The position numbers were made by a program, and so were the translations under genes. Positions 18,649-28,424 of a stretch of DNA of 64,000 bases are shown here, piece by piece. Position 1 is the stretch's first letter; each line of letters starts with the position of its first letter. The stretch lies in contig JBDRNJ010000039.1 in the NCBI GenBank assembly GCA_043811375.1, positions 79,420 through 143,419 of the forward strand, written 5' to 3'. This stretch comes from a bacterium. GTDB lineage: Bacteria > Zixibacteria > MSB-5A5 > GN15 > FEB-12. The notes below the pieces were generated by a model. It was given only the letters and a program-made list of their open reading frames with translations. It was not told the DNA's origin and did no database searches.

Positions 18649-20340
18649 TTGGACAGATCGGATTTTGTCATTATCGGCGGTGTGGCGGTCGGGCCGAAAA
18701 CAGCGGCCACCCTGGCGCGGCGTCTGCCGAACGCCGGTATTACCCTCTTTCAGAAAGAAGAACAGATTTCGTACGCGCAGTGCGGTCTGCCTTACATTGC
18801 GTCCGGCGAGTTGGGGGATTTGAAAGAGCTTACCGTTACCCCGTATGGTGTCGTTCGCGACACCGATTTCTTCAGGAACACCAAGGGTTTTGAGGCGATC
18901 ACCGGCGCCGAGGTGATTGGCATTGACCGTGAGAAGAAAATCGTTTCGGTCAGGATGAACCAAAGCGGCGAGACGATCAAACATGCTTACGGCAAGCTGG
19001 TCATCGCCACCGGTGCAGTACCGAACCAACCTCCGTTTCCGGTGCCCGACAGCCCGCTGGTCAGATCGTTTACGCGCCCCGATGACGCCGTCAGTTTCCG
19101 CAGGCTGGCCGAGCAGGGGAAGGTCGGCCAGGTTGTCATTGTGGGTGGTGGTTTTATCAGCTGCGAGCTGGTCGATGCCGTACGTGACATGTGGGGTATC
19201 GAAGCGACCCTGGTTGAAAAGGAAAATCAACTGCTGCCGTTTGTCCTCGATTTCGAAATGGCTGCCATCGTCCGACGGACCATCAGCGGGAACGGTGTAA
19301 AGGTCTTGACGGAGACGACGGTGGATCGAATTGACCTGGATGCGGACGGCCGACCGGTCGTTCACATAGCGGGACATGGGGCGATTTCTACCGATTACGT
19401 CTTTCTTTGTCTGGGCGTGCATCCGGAGACGACACTGGCGCACAAGTGCGGCCTGGAAGTCGGCGAAACGGGCGGGATTGTGGTGGACTCGCATCTGCAG
19501 ACGTCCGATCAGGATATTTATGCCGGTGGTGACTGCATCGAGTCGTGGCATCAGGTGACGGGAGAGAAGTTCTTCCTGTCGATGGGGTCGCTGGCCAACC
19601 GACACGGCCGCGTGATTGCCGAGAACCTCGCCGGAGGCAATGTTGAGTTTCCCGGAACCTTGGGTGCATTTCTGCTGAAAGTGCTGGACGTCAACGTCGG
19701 TTCGGTTGGTCTCTCGCAGCAGGCGGCAGAGAAGGCCGGCTTTGGGGCGAAAGCGGTCTGGGGTACTTTTCCGGACAAACCTGATTATCATCCGGATAAG
19801 CAGATGTTTGTTCTCAAACTCGTGTATAACGAGTCTGACGGAAAACTGCTGGGGATTCAGGGAGTCGGTGCGGGAGATGTCTGCCGGCGGGTTGATGTTT
19901 TTTCCTCGTTCCTCCGGTACCGGGGCACTTTGGACGATCTCATCGACCTCGAACACGGCTACACCCCGGCATACTCCGAACCGCTCGATCCGCTATACCA
20001 GATGGCGACAATAGCGGCAGGGCAACGGAACGGAATGGATTTCATCGACCCGGGCTCAGACTTCTCGGGCTTCACCGGCCGGATAGTCTGGCTTGATGTG
20101 CGCGAGACGGAAGAAGCCGACACCAAGCCGCTGCCGGTGGCCATCAGTGAGATGGGCCAGAGGGTCGTCAATATCCCCCTGAATGATTTACGAGGGCGTC
20201 TTGACGAGCTTGAGCACGGGAAGAAAATGATCGTCGTCTGTCAACGAGGTTCGCGATCGTACCAGGCGGCCCTGACCCTGAAGCAGTCGGGCTTCGATGA
20301 TGTACATGTCTTGGGTGGTGGGCTGGCAACCTTGATGTAG
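18649..20340 (+). CDS. CoA-disulfide/persulfide reductase fused to rhodanese (Npsr/CoADR-RHD-like)
   Basis: IIGGVAVG FAD site, SYAQCGLPY redox Cys, GGGFISCE, YAGGDC, C-terminal LDVRE...CQRGSRSY rhodanese; TTG start. Confidence 0.88.
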   Translation: MDRSDFVIIGGVAVGPKTAATLARRLPNAGITLFQKEEQISYAQCGLPYIASGELGDLKELTVTPYGVVRDTDFFRNTKGFEAITGAEVIGIDREKKIVSVRMNQSGETIKHAYGKLVIATGAVPNQPPFPVPDSPLVRSFTRPDDAVSFRRLAEQGKVGQVVIVGGGFISCELVDAVRDMWGIEATLVEKENQLLPFVLDFEMAAIVRRTISGNGVKVLTETTVDRIDLDADGRPVVHIAGHGAISTDYVFLCLGVHPETTLAHKCGLEVGETGGIVVDSHLQTSDQDIYAGGDCIESWHQVTGEKFFLSMGSLANRHGRVIAENLAGGNVEFPGTLGAFLLKVLDVNVGSVGLSQQAAEKAGFGAKAVWGTFPDKPDYHPDKQMFVLKLVYNESDGKLLGIQGVGAGDVCRRVDVFSSFLRYRGTLDDLIDLEHGYTPAYSEPLDPLYQMATIAAGQRNGMDFIDPGSDFSGFTGRIVWLDVRETEEADTKPLPVAISEMGQRVVNIPLNDLRGRLDELEHGKKMIVVCQRGSRSYQAALTLKQSGFDDVHVLGGGLATLM

Positions 20341-20390
20341 GAGTTGCACAGTGTCCGATCAAATGCAACAGCCCGGGAGAACAGTTCCTT

Positions 20391-21611
20391 ATGGCGACAA
20401 ATAACTGGCAACTGACCGTGTGTGGTATCAGCCACCGGACATCTTCTCTGGCGGAGCGGGAACCGCTGCAGATCGGACACGATGAGATAGCCGCCGCCCA
20501 GAGTACTTTCCGCGGCCTGCCGGGAGTGATGGAATCGATCATCGTGGCTACCTGTAACCGGGTGGAGTTTTATTCTGTTGCCGAACGACAGGCATCGCCT
20601 TTCAAAACGGCGACGTCGTTCTATCAGGCGATACGCGGGATCGACATTTCAAATCTTGAAGAGAAGTTCTACACCCGGCGCAGCAAACATGCCGCCGATC
20701 ATCTGTTCCGGGTGACGGCCGGGCTGGATTCGATGGTACTCGGTGAAAACCAGATACTCCGGCAGGTGAAAGATGCCTACAGCTCCGCCTGCGCGGTGAA
20801 GGCGACCGGTAAAGTGATCCACCGGCTGTTTCACCAGGCTTTTCGCATCGGCAAGCAGGTCCGCACCGATACCGAAATGGGCCAGGGCGCCTGCTCGGTC
20901 AGCAGCGCCTCGATGGAAATGTTGAGGCACAAGATTGGCGACTTAAAAGCACCCATAGTGCTCTTCGTGGGCATCAACCAGATGATCCACCTGGCCGCCA
21001 ACGGACTCAATCGTCCGGATGGAGCGAAATTCCTTTTTGCTAACCGCACCGTCGAGAAGGCGGTTGAGTTCGCCGGACGATATGGAGCCACCGGTCACTC
21101 GCTGCAGGAACTGCCGCACCTGTTGGGCCGGGCCGACCTGGTGGTAACCTGTACCGGGTCCACCCGCCCGGTGATCACACGCGAAATGATCGATATTGTC
21201 ATGGCTGCCCGTACGGACAGGAGGCTGACGATTATGGATATGGCGATTCCGCGTGACGTCGAGATCGCAAAAGACCATCATGCCGACATCGATTTGTTTG
21301 ACCTGGAAGATGTCCAGGCTTTCGTGCGCAACCAGCAGAAGAAGAGAGAAAAAGCCATTCCCCAGTCTGAAGAGATAGTCCAGTACCGACTGGACGAGTT
21401 CATGTACTGGTTTGATCACGTCCGCCATGAGCCGGCCTACAATGGCATGGGGAGTTCTTTTGAGGCTGCCCGGCAACAGGAACTGGGGGATGTGCTGGCT
21501 AAGCTCTCGCCGGAACTGCGCCGCGAGGTAGACGACGCCAGCCGTCGGCTGATGACGCGCCTGCTGCGTATTAAAACCACTACTACTCAATCACCTGGAA
21601 AATCGGAGTAA
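20391..21611 (+). CDS. hemA: Glutamyl-tRNA reductase
   Basis: GISHRT, ATCNRVE, SMVLGENQILRQVK, NRT, DMAIPRDV. Confidence 0.92.
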   Translation: MATNNWQLTVCGISHRTSSLAEREPLQIGHDEIAAAQSTFRGLPGVMESIIVATCNRVEFYSVAERQASPFKTATSFYQAIRGIDISNLEEKFYTRRSKHAADHLFRVTAGLDSMVLGENQILRQVKDAYSSACAVKATGKVIHRLFHQAFRIGKQVRTDTEMGQGACSVSSASMEMLRHKIGDLKAPIVLFVGINQMIHLAANGLNRPDGAKFLFANRTVEKAVEFAGRYGATGHSLQELPHLLGRADLVVTCTGSTRPVITREMIDIVMAARTDRRLTIMDMAIPRDVEIAKDHHADIDLFDLEDVQAFVRNQQKKREKAIPQSEEIVQYRLDEFMYWFDHVRHEPAYNGMGSSFEAARQQELGDVLAKLSPELRREVDDASRRLMTRLLRIKTTTTQSPGKSE

Positions 21612-21618
21612 TTGTCTT

Positions 21619-22257
21619 ATGGCCAATGAGTATTTGCCGGTCGGTCTGTCATTGAAAGTCCGTTCCTGTCTGGTAGTGGGCGGCGGCAAGGTTGCCCTGC
21701 GCAAAATTGAAACGCTGCTGGATTATGATTCACAGATCACGGTAGTGGCGCCGGAACCGGATGAGAAAATCACGTACTACGCCGAAAAAGGAAAGCTGCA
21801 ACTCAAGCAACGAGCCTATCGTTCGCCGGAAGCACAACAGTATGGCCTGGTTATCTCCGCCAGCGATGACGCCGGCGTTAACGAAACAGTCCATCGGGAC
21901 TGCCGCGACACCGGAGTACCAATCAACGTCGTCGACAATCCGGCCATGTGTGATGTCGTCTTTCCGGCCGTGTTGAAACGTGACTGCCTGACCGTAGCTG
22001 TGGCCACCGACGGCAAAGCACCTTTTCTGTCGGGACACCTGCGCCTGATACTGGAGAACGTCTTCCCTAAAAGGTGGAGCATGCTGGCGAAGCAGGCGGC
22101 TCAATTCAGAACAAAACTGTACCGGCACTTTAAGGACCAACCGGAGAAGAGAACGGCCGCAATCGAACGTTTCCTGGAGGCCGATTGGCAAACCCTGCTC
22201 AAAGACAAAAATAGCGACGAGATCGAGCAGGAAGTGGACCGGATACTTAAGGGGTGA
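21619..22257 (+). CDS. Precorrin-2 dehydrogenase/sirohydrochlorin ferrochelatase (SirC/CysG-B/Met8-like)
   Basis: LVVGGGKVALRK, NVVDNP..CD, VAVATDGKAP. Confidence 0.9.
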   Translation: MANEYLPVGLSLKVRSCLVVGGGKVALRKIETLLDYDSQITVVAPEPDEKITYYAEKGKLQLKQRAYRSPEAQQYGLVISASDDAGVNETVHRDCRDTGVPINVVDNPAMCDVVFPAVLKRDCLTVAVATDGKAPFLSGHLRLILENVFPKRWSMLAKQAAQFRTKLYRHFKDQPEKRTAAIERFLEADWQTLLKDKNSDEIEQEVDRILKG

Positions 22258-22264
22258 TGCGACG

Positions 22265-23818
22265 ATGGCATCGGCAAACACAGGTACGGTTTATCTTATC
22301 GGAGCCGGACCCGGTGACCCGGATCTGATAACCGTCAGGGGGCGCCGGTTACTCAACGACTGCCGGGCTGTTGTTTATGACAACCTGGTTCCATTCGAAT
22401 TGATCGTAACTCTCCCGGCGACAACCGAAAAACACTATGTCGGCAAGCAGGCCGGGAAAAGCTGCCGTTCACAAGAGGAGATCAACCGGTTACTGGTGCG
22501 ACTGGCGAGTGAAGGAAAAAATGTGGCTCGTCTTAAGGGAAGCGATCCCCTCATATTCGGGCGTGGCGCCGAGGAAGCACAGTATCTCAAGAAAAACGGC
22601 ATCAGGTTCGAGATTGTGCCGGGTGTTACTTCCGGCATTGCGGCGCCGGTCTATGCCGGTATCCCCTGTACCGATCGTGATCGAGCTTCCTTTGTACTCT
22701 TTGTGACCGGTCACAAGGCGGCCGACAAAGCCGTCTCCGATGTTCCCTGGGAGTGGGTAGCCAAAGCGAACCACGGGACCGTCGTGATCTACATGGGTGT
22801 CGGTGAAATCAGTGACATCGTCACTTCTCTTGTTGAAAAAGGGATGCCTGCTGAGACGGCAGCCGCCGTGATCGAGCGCGGTACTTTCCCATCGCAAAGA
22901 GTCTTCACTACCACTCTGGCCGAACTGCCCCGGACCGTGACCACTCAGGACGTGCGTTCACCGGCTTTGTTCGTTTTGGGCAAAGTCGTCGAACTGCGCC
23001 CGATTATGCAATGGTTCGAGGCTCGCCCGCTGCTGGGAGTGCGCGTAATGGTCACCCGACCGGCCGATCAGGCCCAGCCGATGTACGATTCGTTGCGGCA
23101 ACTCGGCGCCGAAGTGTCGGCCTGTCCGACTATCGCCACTGCCGAACATATCGACGATAACGGCTGGCAGGCTTTTGAGAAACTCTCATCAGAAAACCGA
23201 TGGTTAGTATTTACCAGTGAGAACGGAGTGCGCTACTTCATGCGGCAGTTTTTCTCACAGTGGCCTGATGTCCGTCGGTTGGGCTGTTTCAGGATAGCGG
23301 CCTTAGGTCATGGCACCGCCGGGGCGCTGGCCCGGTATAACCTGAAGGCTGACTTCGTACCAACCGAGGCAACTACGGCGGCCTTTGCCCAACAACTGGC
23401 CGGCAGCCGGTCATGGGAAAACAGCGAAGTAGTCCGGGTGCGCGGCAACCTGAGTGTTGATAACATTGACCGCAGCTTAGCTGCTGCCGGTGCCGGTGTC
23501 TTGCCTCTTACCGTCTACCGGACGTTTCACCCGACCTGGCCGGAGGGACTTACCGAAAAGTTGCTTCAGTATCCCCCGGACGTGATTACTTTCACCAGCG
23601 GCACAAGTGTCACGGGGTTGTTTGAAATACTACCGGCGGACAACGTCAAATCAATACTATCGGGGGCGAAAGTGCTGACAATCGGACCGGCTACTTCAGC
23701 GGTGGCCCGCGAGCACGGCCTCGATGTCACTATCGAAGCGCGCCGGCACTCTATCCCGGCCATGATAGACGAACTGGTAGCCTACGCCACTGAACATTCT
23801 TTACGGAGGTCGTCATGA
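22265..23818 (+). CDS. cobA: Uroporphyrinogen-III C-methyltransferase / uroporphyrinogen-III synthase fusion (CobA/HemD)
   Basis: YLIGAGPGDPDLIT, RLKGSDP..FGRG, VPGVTS; C-terminal half with VTRP, FTSENGV, FTSGT, IGPAT. Confidence 0.93.
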   Translation: MASANTGTVYLIGAGPGDPDLITVRGRRLLNDCRAVVYDNLVPFELIVTLPATTEKHYVGKQAGKSCRSQEEINRLLVRLASEGKNVARLKGSDPLIFGRGAEEAQYLKKNGIRFEIVPGVTSGIAAPVYAGIPCTDRDRASFVLFVTGHKAADKAVSDVPWEWVAKANHGTVVIYMGVGEISDIVTSLVEKGMPAETAAAVIERGTFPSQRVFTTTLAELPRTVTTQDVRSPALFVLGKVVELRPIMQWFEARPLLGVRVMVTRPADQAQPMYDSLRQLGAEVSACPTIATAEHIDDNGWQAFEKLSSENRWLVFTSENGVRYFMRQFFSQWPDVRRLGCFRIAALGHGTAGALARYNLKADFVPTEATTAAFAQQLAGSRSWENSEVVRVRGNLSVDNIDRSLAAAGAGVLPLTVYRTFHPTWPEGLTEKLLQYPPDVITFTSGTSVTGLFEILPADNVKSILSGAKVLTIGPATSAVAREHGLDVTIEARRHSIPAMIDELVAYATEHSLRRSS

Positions 23819-24789
23819 GTTTCCCCGCCAGGCGTCTTAGAAGGCTGAGAAAAACCCGGCAGTTGCGGCAACTGGTGGCCGAAACCCGACTGTACCCGGC
23901 AGATTTCATTTATCCCATTTTCATAAGCGAGCTCGTCCAACGACCGGAGCCGGTGCCGTCGATGCCGGACATTTTCCGCTATCCGCCCGAAGAGGCCGCC
24001 CGTGAAGCCGACCGCGTGTTCAAGCTCGGCATTCCGGCGGTGCTGTTGTTTGGCGCACCGCGCCACAAAGATGCCACCGGGTCATCGGCGCTCGGTTCGG
24101 ACGGGATCGTTCAGAGGACTATAAGAGAGACGAAGTCTCTCAATCCCGATGGCGTGATAGTCACTGATGTTTGTCTGTGCGAGTACACTGATCATGGTCA
24201 CTGCGGTGTTCTCAGTGGCGACAGTGTTGACAACGATGCCACGGTTGAAATCCTCGCCCGGCTGGCGCTCAGCCACGCCGAGGCCGGGGCCGATATAGTA
24301 GCGCCGTCGGATATGATGGACGGCCGGGTACGGGCGATCCGCACTGCTTTAGATGAAAGCGGCTACCGGGAGGTGGCCATCATGTCGTACGCAGCCAAGT
24401 ACTGTTCGGCTTTCTATGGACCGTTTCGAGATGCGGTCGGCTCGGCGCCGCAGTTCGGTGATCGCAGATCCTACCAGATGGACCCGCCCAATGCCCGGGA
24501 AGCGCTTCAAGAGATTCAGCTTGATATCGAAGAGGGAGCTGACATCATCATGGTCAAACCGGCGCTGGCCTATCTGGATGTAATCCGTCGAGTCAGGGAC
24601 AGGTTTGATCTGCCACTGGCGGCCTACAATGTCAGCGGTGAGTATGCTATGGCCAAACTGGCGGCTGAGCGGAATCTGGCCGACGAAAAGCAACTGGTCC
24701 TGGAGATCCTCACTTCCATTAAAAGAGCCGGCGCGGATATCATTATCTCCTACCATGCTCCCCAGGCCGCCCGCTGGCTGCGGGAGTGA
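23815..24789 (+). CDS. hemB: Porphobilinogen synthase (ALA dehydratase)
   Basis: DVCLCEYTDHGHC, APSDMMDGR, SAFYGPFRDA, MVKP, YNVSGEY. Confidence 0.97.
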   Translation: MSFPARRLRRLRKTRQLRQLVAETRLYPADFIYPIFISELVQRPEPVPSMPDIFRYPPEEAAREADRVFKLGIPAVLLFGAPRHKDATGSSALGSDGIVQRTIRETKSLNPDGVIVTDVCLCEYTDHGHCGVLSGDSVDNDATVEILARLALSHAEAGADIVAPSDMMDGRVRAIRTALDESGYREVAIMSYAAKYCSAFYGPFRDAVGSAPQFGDRRSYQMDPPNAREALQEIQLDIEEGADIIMVKPALAYLDVIRRVRDRFDLPLAAYNVSGEYAMAKLAAERNLADEKQLVLEILTSIKRAGADIIISYHAPQAARWLRE

Positions 24790-24790
24790 C

Positions 24791-24884
24791 CGGTGGCATC
24801 ACCAGTGGCATCGCCACATCTATTAGTGGCTTGCCACCCCCCCCCACTACGCGCGTTAGAATAATCACCTTTTGAGACAACCTC
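24791..24884 (+). repeat. Truncated copy of the REP-containing MITE-like element (family A)
   Basis: GTGGCATCGCCAC...CTACGCGCGTTAGAATAATCACCTTTTGAGACAACCTC, shared with the copies at 44640, 48510 and 60134. Confidence 0.75.
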
Positions 24885-24979
24885 TATACTGTGGATCACC
24901 CGGCAGAGAATCCTTTAGTTTGACCTGCCGGTGCGCGGAGGTTTTATTACCGGGCAAATCATAAACCATGGACTGAAGA

Positions 24980-27262
24980 TTGAAGCTGCCCTTTCCACGC
25001 TCGACACGAACCCTGACGATCCTCGGCCTGCTGGTCATCTCGTTGGTGGTAGGTCTGAGTCTGTTCATTTCCTCGCTGCAGGGAAAGTCATTTAACGAAG
25101 AGCAACTGGTCTGGGACGCCATCTGGCTGGATGCCTGGGCGCTGCTGTTTGCCCTGACAGTATTGATCATCTGGGGCTCGCCTCTGAGCTGGCGGGTCAA
25201 GGCACCACTTCTGATCGGTACTTTTTCATGCTATGGGCTGGTTACGGTCAGTCTTTTCTTTAACGGCACACCCTTTGGGATGAACGGCTGCTGGGGCGAT
25301 CAGAAGTTCCGGATGGCGATGATCCTCAAATTCTCCACCTGGTGGATACCGGGAGATTTCTACTACAAGGATCTGCCCTCATTCTATCCGCCGGTGTACT
25401 ACTACCTGCTGTCATTGGGGGCGCGAATTCTGTCGGTAGAAGCATTCAAGATGATCAAGGTTGGCTCGATAGTGATCTACCTGGTGGGTCCAACCGTGCT
25501 ATATCTGATGTGGCGACAGATGCTTTCGCGGAACCGGGCGCTGCTGGTGGTGCTGGCCACCTTTTTATTTTGTTCCCAAGGTAAGATCATGCCCCTGTCT
25601 GCTCCGCATGCCTTTGTGGCCAACGCCATGTTTATTCCCTGGTGGTTGTACTATATCGAGCAGGTGAAACGACCCTTAAGAGGCCGACGGCAGTATCTGG
25701 TCGGAGCTCTCATTGGCGCCGCCATCTTTTCAACCTACATCTACCCCTTCTTCATAGGAGCTTTTCTGCTGCTGCTGCGCGCTACGTTCCTGCGGAAATG
25801 GGTCGCCCGCGGTGAAAGTCAATTCCGGTGGAAATCGGCCCTGACCGTGCTGTCTTTTTCCGCCGTACTCTCCGCACCATTCTGGCTCCCCTTGTTGATT
25901 TCACTGATTACTTTCGGCAGCGGTGCCAGTGAGCGCGGGTGGCATCACATGGGCAGCACCGGGATACTATTTAGCTTCCAGAGTTTCTCCATTCCCGGTA
26001 TGGCATTCCTGGCAGCGTTGTATTACCTGTTGCGACACCGGGTCTCTCCGGTGTATCGGGCTTTACTGATGTTAACCGGCGCCACGATGGTGTTCTATCT
26101 GCCGGGGGCTTTTCTGGGTGCGGTGGGGGAGCCGGTCAATCTGATCAAAGCCAATGAATTCATGATCGTGATGGCCGGGCCGGTAGTGGGTTTGGCGGCT
26201 GCCGCTATGGTGCGTGCCGGACGGCTCCACCATCGACGCGGCCTGGCGACAGTGGTAGTCATCGGCCTTTTGTCGTTGGTTTTTCTGCATAACTTCAATG
26301 GCTTGATTAAACATCCAATGGTCAAGACCGCCCGCACGACCCGTGCACCCGGATGCGGGGTCGACCCCGGCGAAATGTCCTCCCGTGTCGGCAGCGTCTT
26401 CCTGACTGCCCAGGAGGAGTTGTTTGCCTTCTATCCAGTGTATGCCTTCATTGCCATTAATCAACATTACTCGCACCCGGCCTCGCAGTATTTGGATCGC
26501 TACCGCATGCTCCATCTACTACAGGGTATCAGTGACCCCGGGCTGTTTCATCTGGCGTTGAGACACAATCGTTTTGATGCTGTGGACTACTTCCTGCCAC
26601 GTCAAAAAGAGGGTCAGTTTCAGATACTGCTGGCGCTAAGCAATTACCCCAATCGCTACAGCCATCAGACCCTTGTTTACGATACGACGCTTCTGTCCGA
26701 CACCACGCTGTTCCGCAAAGAGAAGGGGGAGCATTTGTATAAGGTGTTAGACAATGCACAACAGGACAACCCGATTCCCGTCTCGACACCGTCTGACTGG
26801 CAACAATTGTTGCGGCTGCATCTGTTGCGCGGCTACCTGAATGATACCGGTCAAGAACTGCTCGACAAGCGTCTCGATATCGACCGGGCGGGTTGGCGGC
26901 GTCTCATTGATGATGAAACCGACAGATCGTTTGGAGACAGGATAGAACTATTGGATGCCTACGCTGTTCGTGATGGTGACAGCCTGCATCTCCTGCTGGC
27001 CTTTTATGTTGCCGATCATTTCTACAGTGACCAGAAGGTTTTTGTGCACCTGTACCCCGGTCATGGTGAGACGATGTTTGACAACTTTGATTTCACTCCC
27101 ACTCCGCCGGTACGAAGCTGGAAAAAGGGCGATATTGTTTTCAACAGGCGCACTATCCTTTGCAGCGAAGACTATGAAAGACTCCGTCTCGGTTTTTTCT
27201 GGAAGGAACAGCGGTTGGGCAAGGGAGTATGGATGTCACTCAGGGGAACCTGTCGGGAGTAA
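24980..27262 (+). CDS. GT-C membrane glycosyltransferase resembling arabinofuranosyltransferase AftA
   Basis: GDQKFR...DFYYKDLPSFYPP and VFLT...FYPVYAF....HYSHPASQY..R resemble AftA N- and C-domain motifs; about 13 TM helices plus a periplasmic tail. Confidence 0.7.
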   Translation: MKLPFPRSTRTLTILGLLVISLVVGLSLFISSLQGKSFNEEQLVWDAIWLDAWALLFALTVLIIWGSPLSWRVKAPLLIGTFSCYGLVTVSLFFNGTPFGMNGCWGDQKFRMAMILKFSTWWIPGDFYYKDLPSFYPPVYYYLLSLGARILSVEAFKMIKVGSIVIYLVGPTVLYLMWRQMLSRNRALLVVLATFLFCSQGKIMPLSAPHAFVANAMFIPWWLYYIEQVKRPLRGRRQYLVGALIGAAIFSTYIYPFFIGAFLLLLRATFLRKWVARGESQFRWKSALTVLSFSAVLSAPFWLPLLISLITFGSGASERGWHHMGSTGILFSFQSFSIPGMAFLAALYYLLRHRVSPVYRALLMLTGATMVFYLPGAFLGAVGEPVNLIKANEFMIVMAGPVVGLAAAAMVRAGRLHHRRGLATVVVIGLLSLVFLHNFNGLIKHPMVKTARTTRAPGCGVDPGEMSSRVGSVFLTAQEELFAFYPVYAFIAINQHYSHPASQYLDRYRMLHLLQGISDPGLFHLALRHNRFDAVDYFLPRQKEGQFQILLALSNYPNRYSHQTLVYDTTLLSDTTLFRKEKGEHLYKVLDNAQQDNPIPVSTPSDWQQLLRLHLLRGYLNDTGQELLDKRLDIDRAGWRRLIDDETDRSFGDRIELLDAYAVRDGDSLHLLLAFYVADHFYSDQKVFVHLYPGHGETMFDNFDFTPTPPVRSWKKGDIVFNRRTILCSEDYERLRLGFFWKEQRLGKGVWMSLRGTCRE

Positions 27263-27264
27263 AG

Positions 27265-27774
27265 ATGCCTTACGAAATTGAAGTTGTCCGGGGCGATATC
27301 ACCCACACCGACACCGAGGCAATCGTCAATGCCGCCAACAATCATTTTTGGATGGGTGCCGGGGTGGCCGGGGCGATCAAGCGGGCCGGTGGCGATGTTA
27401 TCGAGTCCGAAGCGGTCAGGAAGGGTCCGGTCCTACCGGGGGAAGCGATTTATACCGGGGCCGGGCGACTACCGTATAAGGCCGTTATCCATGCCGCCGT
27501 GATGAGTCAGGACCTGCGCACCTCCGGTGAGTTTATCCGCCAGGCGACTATCGCCTGCCTCAATATCGTCGAGAAGCTTAGAATTCAGTCGGTCGCTTTT
27601 CCGGCTTTCGGTACTGGTGTGGGTCGGTTTCCAATGACCGCCTGTGCCAACGTTATGGTAAAAGCGGTGCGGGGCTACCAGTCACTATCGGAGCACGTCC
27701 GGCGCGTGCAGTTCTGCATGTTCGATGAGTTGGGGTATTCGGTGTTTAGTAAACGATTGCAGCGAGACGACTGA
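27265..27774 (+). CDS. Macro domain protein (ADP-ribose binding/hydrolase, YmdB-like)
   Basis: GDIT, AIVNAAN, GAGVAGAI, VIHAA, AFPAFGTGVG. Confidence 0.92.
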   Translation: MPYEIEVVRGDITHTDTEAIVNAANNHFWMGAGVAGAIKRAGGDVIESEAVRKGPVLPGEAIYTGAGRLPYKAVIHAAVMSQDLRTSGEFIRQATIACLNIVEKLRIQSVAFPAFGTGVGRFPMTACANVMVKAVRGYQSLSEHVRRVQFCMFDELGYSVFSKRLQRDD

Positions 27775-27796
27775 GCAACAGCCGAATTTCCGCCAC

Positions 27797-28330
27797 CTAC
27801 CTTTTCCGGATTTTGAGCTGCCCGTCAAACTGAATCGGTGCACCGGAATCGTTTTGGTAGAGGCCGTGAATGGTGCCGAAGAGATGTTTGGAGGTAATAG
27901 AATCAACGACGAACGCTCCGGACTCGGGCAGAAATATCTTGGATTCGGTCGCAACGTCAAAACGACCCAGCAGGTGCACGAAAGAATTACCGGGCAGTTC
28001 GACCGTTCCGGCAACCGGCATCGGTGGTAACTGAAGGTACAACCGGCAGCGCAGGTACTCATCAAATCCGAGCGCAAAAACTCGTTTATCATCAGGTTGC
28101 TGCCAGCGAGTACCGGTAGTCACCACGACAGTGGCTGCTTCGCCGGGGATTGTTTTCCGGCGGGCGTAGGGGTCGTTCAGGGCTGTGTCATACAGGAAAG
28201 AAGCCTCCTCCACTTTGATCTTTTTTCGGTAGCCCTCGCTGGTCAGGTACAGGTCGAGTCGGTAGCGGCTGGCGCAGCCGATGAGCAGAGTCAGAGTACA
28301 GAGCAGACAAACAAATCGGGTAATAGTCAT
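27797..28330 (-). CDS. Hypothetical lipoprotein
   Basis: Lipobox LLIGC after a hydrophobic stretch; start uncertain (28330-28372). Confidence 0.65.
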   Translation of the reverse strand: MTITRFVCLLCTLTLLIGCASRYRLDLYLTSEGYRKKIKVEEASFLYDTALNDPYARRKTIPGEAATVVVTTGTRWQQPDDKRVFALGFDEYLRCRLYLQLPPMPVAGTVELPGNSFVHLLGRFDVATESKIFLPESGAFVVDSITSKHLFGTIHGLYQNDSGAPIQFDGQLKIRKR

Positions 28331-28424
28331 GGAAGCTGTTCTTAAGATCATGTTAGAAGTTACCTGACTCATTGTCTGCTGTCAATCCCTTAGCCACCCT
28401 CCGGATCACCTGCCCCGCCGCCGT

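Noticed and set aside
18556..19956. 466-aa minus-strand ORF, and similar long antisense ORFs (15319-16269, 34050-35228, 28668-29522)
   Set aside because: They lie opposite well-supported genes and show no recognisable motifs; expected shadow ORFs in GC-rich DNA
24837..24845. Poly-C tract as a phase-variation switch
   Set aside because: Lies inside a degenerate repeat copy, not in a coding region or an identifiable promoter
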